Source: Candidatus Ratteibacteria bacterium
Lineage (GTDB): Bacteria; Ratteibacteria; UBA8468; B48-G9; DTJG01
Reading direction: 5' to 3'
DNA length: 11,836 nucleotides
Assembly: GCA_049971295.1 (NCBI GenBank)
Contig: JBMFLH010000060.1
Location: 1-11,836, forward strand
A program made the position numbers and the translations under genes. The notes beneath the pieces are model-generated. The model ran no database searches. It saw only the letters and a program-made list of their open reading frames with translations, and was not told where the DNA came from. Positions 6,694 to 11,836 of the stretch are shown here, one piece after another; within the stretch, counting starts at the first letter, position 1, and each line of letters begins with the position of its first letter.

Positions 6694-7863
6694 ATGAAAA
6701 TCTCAGAAGGGATTTTTTCAGTTGGTTCTGTTGACTGGGATTTAAGGGAATTTCACGGCTATTCAACCCCTTACGGAACGACTTACAACTGCTATCTTAT
6801 TACTGGAGAAAAAAATATTCTGATTGATACTGTGAAACCAACGTGCGCGCAGGAATTTATTCAGAAAATTGAAAGTATTTTACCTGTTGAAAAAATTGAC
6901 TATGTGATATCAAACCATGCTGAAATGGACCACTCTGGCCTCATAAATTGGATACTAAGAAAATCAAACGCCACATTGATATGCTCGCCAAAGGGCAAGG
7001 AAAATCTGGAAAAGCATTTTCATGAAAAGTATGAACGAATTATAGTGGTAGAAAATGGACAGACCATAAAAATCGGTCCATACACATATAAATTTTTTCA
7101 TATACCAATGGTTCACTGGCCTGATTCAATGTGCGTCTATTTAATGGAGAAAAAAATGCTTTTTTCTAATGATGCATTTGGTCAACACTTTGCCTCTTCA
7201 GTATATTTTGTTGACGAAGTCGGATTGGGGATAATATTGAGAGAGGCAAAAAAATATTACGCAAACATTGTTAATCCCTATGGAAATTCAGTGAAAAAGG
7301 TTCTTTCTGCGCTCGCTACACTGCAGGTTGATATGATTTTGCCGTCCCATGGCATGATATGGCGAGACTCACAGCAGATAAAAACGATTCTTGATAAGTA
7401 CAGCGCATGGGCTTCCAATCAACCAGGGGAGAAAATTCTCATTGTTTATGAAACAATGTGGGGTTCAACGAAAAAAATGGCTGAAGTATGCTATATTGAA
7501 GCAATCAAAAAAAATATTGAGAGTGAACAGTTTAATCTTCAAATCACGGATATTTCAGATGTTGTAGCAGAAATACCTGACACAAAAATGATCTTATTTG
7601 GTTCTTCAATTTTACATGGCCAGATTCTTCCAAAAATGGCTGGGCTTATTACTTATTTAACAGGACTAAAGTTTACAAATAGAAAGGCATGGTCCTTTGG
7701 ATCTTACGGGTGGGCTAAGGCACCCTTCGATAAATTTGAAAAAGATATTAAAAATGCTGGCTTTGATATGCCTTACAGTGGTTTTTATGTTCAGTTCGTT
7801 CCTGACGAAAGTGTCATTAAATCACTCAAAATAGAATTAAGTTCTCGAATTTTCAATGTATAA
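6694..7863 (+). CDS. fprA: Flavodiiron protein, class A (FprA family O2/NO reductase)
   Basis: GTTYNCYLI, diiron ligands NHAEMDHSG (HxExDH), HWPD, SNDAFG and PSHG. Flavodoxin domain with YETMWGST and FGSYGW. SD AAGGAG at 6681-6686. Confidence 0.95.
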   Translation: MKISEGIFSVGSVDWDLREFHGYSTPYGTTYNCYLITGEKNILIDTVKPTCAQEFIQKIESILPVEKIDYVISNHAEMDHSGLINWILRKSNATLICSPKGKENLEKHFHEKYERIIVVENGQTIKIGPYTYKFFHIPMVHWPDSMCVYLMEKKMLFSNDAFGQHFASSVYFVDEVGLGIILREAKKYYANIVNPYGNSVKKVLSALATLQVDMILPSHGMIWRDSQQIKTILDKYSAWASNQPGEKILIVYETMWGSTKKMAEVCYIEAIKKNIESEQFNLQITDISDVVAEIPDTKMILFGSSILHGQILPKMAGLITYLTGLKFTNRKAWSFGSYGWAKAPFDKFEKDIKNAGFDMPYSGFYVQFVPDESVIKSLKIELSSRIFNV

Positions 7864-8503
7864 AAAAATATCACCATTGTTAGACACTGGCGTTTGCGCC
7901 ATTATCAGAATTAAAACAGAAAGCGTTGATATAGAATCATTGGTGGACTCGCTTATTAAGGGAGGCATCAATACTATTGAAGTTAGCTTTGATACAGCCA
8001 ACGCAATATCCCTGATAAAAGGTATTAGAAATTATGGAAATAAAAAAGTCCTTCTTGGCGCAGGAACCATACTGGATATCGACACGGCTCAAAGTGCAAT
8101 AAATGCAGGCGCACAGTTTCTTGTCAGCCCGCATCTGGATATCAATTTGCTAAAGTTCAGTGCAAAAAAAGGTATTCCCTTTATTCCCGGGGTTTTCAGT
8201 CCAGGAGAAATAATCAATGCATGGAAAAATGGCGCAGAGATTGTCAAGTTGTATCCTGTCATCGGACCTGAATACATAAAAGTTTTGAAAAACGGACCAT
8301 TTTCAAAAATGACATTCATGGCTGTAGGTGGAATAAATTTAACAAATGCAAAAGAATACATTAAATCTGGTGCTGATATTCTGGGAGTCGGGAGTGCGCT
8401 TGTCAATGATAGATTGATAGAAGAAAAAAAATGGAATGTTATCAAAAAAATTTCACGACAATTCATTGAAATCGTAAACTCGGAGAGAAGCAAAAATGGC
8501 TGA
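7856..8503 (+). CDS. eda: KDPG/KHG aldolase (2-dehydro-3-deoxyphosphogluconate aldolase)
   Basis: AIIR, GGINTIEV, LGAGTIL, GAQFLVSP, IPG, the Schiff-base Lys in VKLYP, and AVGGI. Confidence 0.92.
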   Translation: MYKKISPLLDTGVCAIIRIKTESVDIESLVDSLIKGGINTIEVSFDTANAISLIKGIRNYGNKKVLLGAGTILDIDTAQSAINAGAQFLVSPHLDINLLKFSAKKGIPFIPGVFSPGEIINAWKNGAEIVKLYPVIGPEYIKVLKNGPFSKMTFMAVGGINLTNAKEYIKSGADILGVGSALVNDRLIEEKKWNVIKKISRQFIEIVNSERSKNG

Positions 8504-9446
8504 AGTGGTTACAATTGGTGAAACAATGATCAGATTGTCAACAACCAATTATCAGACTATTGAACAATCAGATTCGCTTGGTTTTTCAGTAGCAGGTTCA
8601 GAATCCAATGTAGCCATTTCTCTTTCCCGACTTGGTATCAGTACGATGTGGATATCTAAACTTGTGAACAACTTCCTTGGAAGAAAAATTGTCCAGGAAA
8701 TCAAGAAATACGGAGTAGATACATCAAAAGTAATCTGGACTGACACAGGCAAAATTGGACTTTATTTTATTGAATATGGTAGTGTTCCACGAACAACCAG
8801 AATTATTTATGATAGAAAGAATTCTGCAATAAATTCTTTGGCATCAGAGGAAATCAACTGGAATTGTCTCGATGACGCGAGATTGATTCACCTGTCAGGC
8901 ATTACTCCTGCATTAAGTAAAAATTGCGCAAAATTGGTCAAAACAGCCATTGCTGAAGCAAAAAATCGTGGAAAAATTATCTCTTTTGATCTTAATTATA
9001 GAACAAAACTCTGGACTCCATACCAGGCAAGAAAATTCTATGAAGAAGTTTTACCTGACATAAACGTTCTGATTGCTGCCAGAAAAGACATGAGTATGGT
9101 GTTTGGGATGAATGGAGAACCGGGAAGGTTAATAAGAAACATTAAAGAAAAATTCAGAAACGATGTTGTTGCACTTACTGTGGGTTCAGAAGGAGCATTT
9201 GCCAGTGATGACAAAATATATTTTCGTAAGGCGCCAGTGGTTCAAGAGATCGACCGAATTGGCGCTGGTGATGCATTTGCTGCAGGTTTTATTTATGGAT
9301 ATCTTAAAATGAACATTGAAGCGGCTCTGTCATATGGAACGGCGCTGGCTGCCTTAAAATGCACAATTCCTGGCGATATCCCATATGTCACCCGGGATGA
9401 TATTGAAGATTTCATAAAAGGCGCGTATAGAGATATCGAAAGATGA
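8496..9446 (+). CDS. kdgK: PfkB-family sugar kinase, likely 2-dehydro-3-deoxygluconokinase
   Basis: GETMIRL, AGSESNVA, YDRKNSA, SGITPALS, FDLNYRTKLW and the PfkB signature DRIGAGDAFAAG. Overlaps the end of eda by 8 nt. Confidence 0.85.
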   Translation: MAEVVTIGETMIRLSTTNYQTIEQSDSLGFSVAGSESNVAISLSRLGISTMWISKLVNNFLGRKIVQEIKKYGVDTSKVIWTDTGKIGLYFIEYGSVPRTTRIIYDRKNSAINSLASEEINWNCLDDARLIHLSGITPALSKNCAKLVKTAIAEAKNRGKIISFDLNYRTKLWTPYQARKFYEEVLPDINVLIAARKDMSMVFGMNGEPGRLIRNIKEKFRNDVVALTVGSEGAFASDDKIYFRKAPVVQEIDRIGAGDAFAAGFIYGYLKMNIEAALSYGTALAALKCTIPGDIPYVTRDDIEDFIKGAYRDIER

Positions 9447-9467
9447 GGTAACAGTGGAGAATTTTTT

Positions 9468-10892
9468 TTGAAAAAAATATCATCTTTTATTCTTGCATCA
9501 TTGCTGGGATTCGTCCCATGTTTTGCATTCCCTCCTTTTAAACACTGGTTTTTTGCATGGTTCGGTCTTATTCCACTGTTATTTTTGATGGAAGAAAAAT
9601 TCCCGGCCAGAAATTTTTTAAAAGGTTTTCTATCCGGATTTGTTTTTTATTCATTTCTTCTTCACTGGATATATTCGGTTGCGGGTTTTTTTTATCTTTT
9701 GGTTGCTGTTCATCTTGCACTTTTCTGGGGAATTTTCTTTTCACTTGTTTTTAGTGTCTCTGAAAAAACACGAATACTGATTGGTGCCTGCTTATGGTAT
9801 TTCCTTGAAATTATCGTACGCTATCTAATAACTGGCTTCCCATGGATTTTTTTCTCTTTATCGCAGTGGGCACTTCCACAAGCAGCAACAATTTCGACTG
9901 TCACCGGCTCAAATGCACTTTCATCCCTGATTATTACAGTAAATCTTTCCATGTACTCTATGATAAGGCATAAAAAATTTCCCCCAGTTTTTGTTATCAG
10001 CATCATTACTTTTATTCTGTATTGTACTGCCACTATCAATGTAAACTGGAAAATGAGGGACAAATTTGTAAAAGTAGCAGCAATACAGGGCAATAGTGGT
10101 TATTTTGGACAGAACCCTGAGGAATCATTTGAAAATTACAAAAAGTTAACTGAATCATTGAAATACGAATATGACCTTGTTGTATGGCCGGAAAGCAGTT
10201 ATCCTGCAGTCCTTGAGGATAATGATGAAGCATTTAGTTATCTGCTGGACAAATCGCATTTTTTCCCAATTCTGATGGGAACGATGAGTGAAAAAAACAC
10301 CAATTTATATAACAGCGCATATTATTTTGATAATGGCGGGTTTACAAGATATAGCAAAAGACATCTTGTACCATTTGGGGAATATGTTCCAGGGAAAAGG
10401 TTTCAGGTAATTCAAAAAATTTATTCTCAATTTTCAGAGATTTTGCCTGAAGTTAGTCCCGGTGATACACCTGGAATATTTCAAATGCAACAATGTAAAT
10501 TCTCAGTTCTTATCTGCTTTGAGAATATATTTCCCGAAATTGCTTTACAGGATGTAAAAAAGCAACCTGATTTTATTGTTGTTATCACCAATGATTCCTG
10601 GTATGGTAATTCGTTCGGACCATATCAACACTTCGCTCATAATATTTTCAGATCTTATGAAACAGGAAGAAGTATCGTTCAGGTTTCAACCACTGGCATT
10701 ACGGGTTTTGTTTCTCCATCCGGAGATGTGAAAATTTTCCAGAAAAATCGGAAAAAACTTTTTGTAGAGGGCATCATGACAATCTTAGTATCATATTCAG
10801 ATTGCAGTAAAACGATCTATTCAATTGTCGGTGATACAGGAATTTTTATGTTATTCCTGCTGATCACAGGGGTGTGCCTATGCAGAATCTGA
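9468..10892 (+). CDS. lnt: Apolipoprotein N-acyltransferase
   Basis: Hydrophobic N-terminal helices, GFPW, QGN, nitrilase triad WPES / YSKRHLVPFGEY / ICFE, and TNDSWYG. TTG start. Confidence 0.95.
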   Translation: MKKISSFILASLLGFVPCFAFPPFKHWFFAWFGLIPLLFLMEEKFPARNFLKGFLSGFVFYSFLLHWIYSVAGFFYLLVAVHLALFWGIFFSLVFSVSEKTRILIGACLWYFLEIIVRYLITGFPWIFFSLSQWALPQAATISTVTGSNALSSLIITVNLSMYSMIRHKKFPPVFVISIITFILYCTATINVNWKMRDKFVKVAAIQGNSGYFGQNPEESFENYKKLTESLKYEYDLVVWPESSYPAVLEDNDEAFSYLLDKSHFFPILMGTMSEKNTNLYNSAYYFDNGGFTRYSKRHLVPFGEYVPGKRFQVIQKIYSQFSEILPEVSPGDTPGIFQMQQCKFSVLICFENIFPEIALQDVKKQPDFIVVITNDSWYGNSFGPYQHFAHNIFRSYETGRSIVQVSTTGITGFVSPSGDVKIFQKNRKKLFVEGIMTILVSYSDCSKTIYSIVGDTGIFMLFLLITGVCLCRI

Positions 10893-11524
10893 AAGAAATT
10901 GAACAGAAAATTGGTTATACCTTCAAAAATCCCGAACTTCTTGAAATCGCGCTAACACATTCATCGTATGCACATCAAACAGGTAAAGAATCATATGAAA
11001 GATTTGAGTTTCTTGGGGATGCAATAATAAATTTCATTGTCGCCACTGAAATATTCAAAAAGAATCCAGAAAAAAATGAACAGTTTCTCACAGAATGTAA
11101 ATCTGCATATGTCAATAAAAATTTTTTACAGAAACTTGGTAAAGAATTGCGGCTTGGAAGGTACATAAAACAGATTGGACTTTCTAAACCGCGACTCGAC
11201 CAGGTTGTTGAAGCACTCGTAGGCGCTATCTATCTTGATGGTGGTTATTATCAGGCAAAAAAATTTGTAAAAAAATTTATCCTCAGTAAAAACATAGAGC
11301 CTCTTCAGGATTATAAAAACCTTCTCAAAAGTATTGTCAGCGAAAAATTCAAAAAAGATGTCAAATATAAATTGGAAAAGGAATCAGGACCACCCCATGC
11401 AAGAACATTTCAGATTCTGGTTTCTATACCCGGTGAAAAATATTTTGCCAGAGCCAAAGGCAAAAATAAAAAAGAAGCTGAATTAAAGGCATCAAGGTTA
11501 TTGCTCAAGAAAATCGAATCATAA
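10880..11524 (+). CDS. rnc: Ribonuclease III
   Basis: ALTHSS, ERFEFLGDA signature, EALVGAIYLDGG, and a dsRBD with DYK...GPPHARTF...G.NKKEAE. ATG 10880 is preferred over GTG 10874 because the SD-like AGGGGTG lies at 10868-10874. Confidence 0.95.
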   Translation: MQNLKEIEQKIGYTFKNPELLEIALTHSSYAHQTGKESYERFEFLGDAIINFIVATEIFKKNPEKNEQFLTECKSAYVNKNFLQKLGKELRLGRYIKQIGLSKPRLDQVVEALVGAIYLDGGYYQAKKFVKKFILSKNIEPLQDYKNLLKSIVSEKFKKDVKYKLEKESGPPHARTFQILVSIPGEKYFARAKGKNKKEAELKASRLLLKKIES

Positions 11525-11727
11525 CATAATTTATTTTACATATTACTATGAAACCAGTCAAAGATAATTAGGATGGAGTTCAATTTTTCTTTATGCTTTT
11601 TTCTAAGATTGTGAGGTGGGTATTCTTCCAGTATTTCAGTTGCTTCTTTTACTTTTATACCGGTGAAGGTTTTCTGAGATAAAGTGTTACTCGGAAGTTT
11701 CCCTATTGTACTATTAAATTATACACA

Positions 11728-11765
11728 AAGCAAGACTTCAACAAGCATGGCTTTTAGTCTTGTTT
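11728..11765. repeat. Imperfect inverted repeat / hairpin
   Basis: AAGCAAGACT (11728-11737) pairs with AGTCTTGTTT (11756-11765) with one G-U pair, enclosing an inner stem AAGC-ATG-GCTT. Function unknown. Confidence 0.5.
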
Positions 11766-11836
11766 ACCACACTCAATTTACAACCTAAAATCCCGCCTTT
11801 TTTAATAACTATGTAAAGCAATCCACCGCAATACTG

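Noticed and set aside
1455..11166. The many 60-137 aa minus-strand ORFs and short alternative-frame plus-strand ORFs in the track
   Set aside because: All lie on top of well-supported genes and show no recognisable motifs. They are shadow ORFs.
11791..11803. TCCCGCC followed by a T-run as a rho-independent terminator
   Set aside because: There is no complementary upstream arm to form the stem.
1..11836. CRISPR array, IS/transposase, prophage, defence system, tRNA or rRNA
   Set aside because: I saw no repeat-spacer pattern, terminal repeats, integrase/transposase motifs or RNA gene signatures. The window is almost fully occupied by protein genes.

Overview
AT-rich bacterial chromosomal window, probably from an anaerobic diderm (it has lnt and a rubredoxin/flavodiiron pair). 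The left edge holds the 5' part of a minus-strand PP-loop tRNA sulfurtransferase-like gene (ThiI/MnmA-like), missing from the ORF track. A 68-bp divergent promoter region follows, whose spacing suggests leaderless mRNAs. The rest is a tightly packed plus-strand run of 13 genes: purB, a degenerate ApgM/iPGM-like protein, folK, panC, panD, a radical SAM/SPASM-type protein, an FNR-type flavin reductase, rubredoxin (also missing from the ORF track), fprA, eda, kdgK, lnt and rnc. The last ~310 bp are non-coding or decayed and contain a hairpin and a stop-interrupted minus-strand frame. I saw no mobile element, CRISPR array, tRNA or rRNA. Most genes are housekeeping. The most interesting items are the apparently catalytically dead phosphoglycerate-mutase homologue, the radical SAM/FNR/rubredoxin/flavodiiron module, and the leaderless divergent promoters. 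All family calls come from motif recognition by eye, not from database searches.
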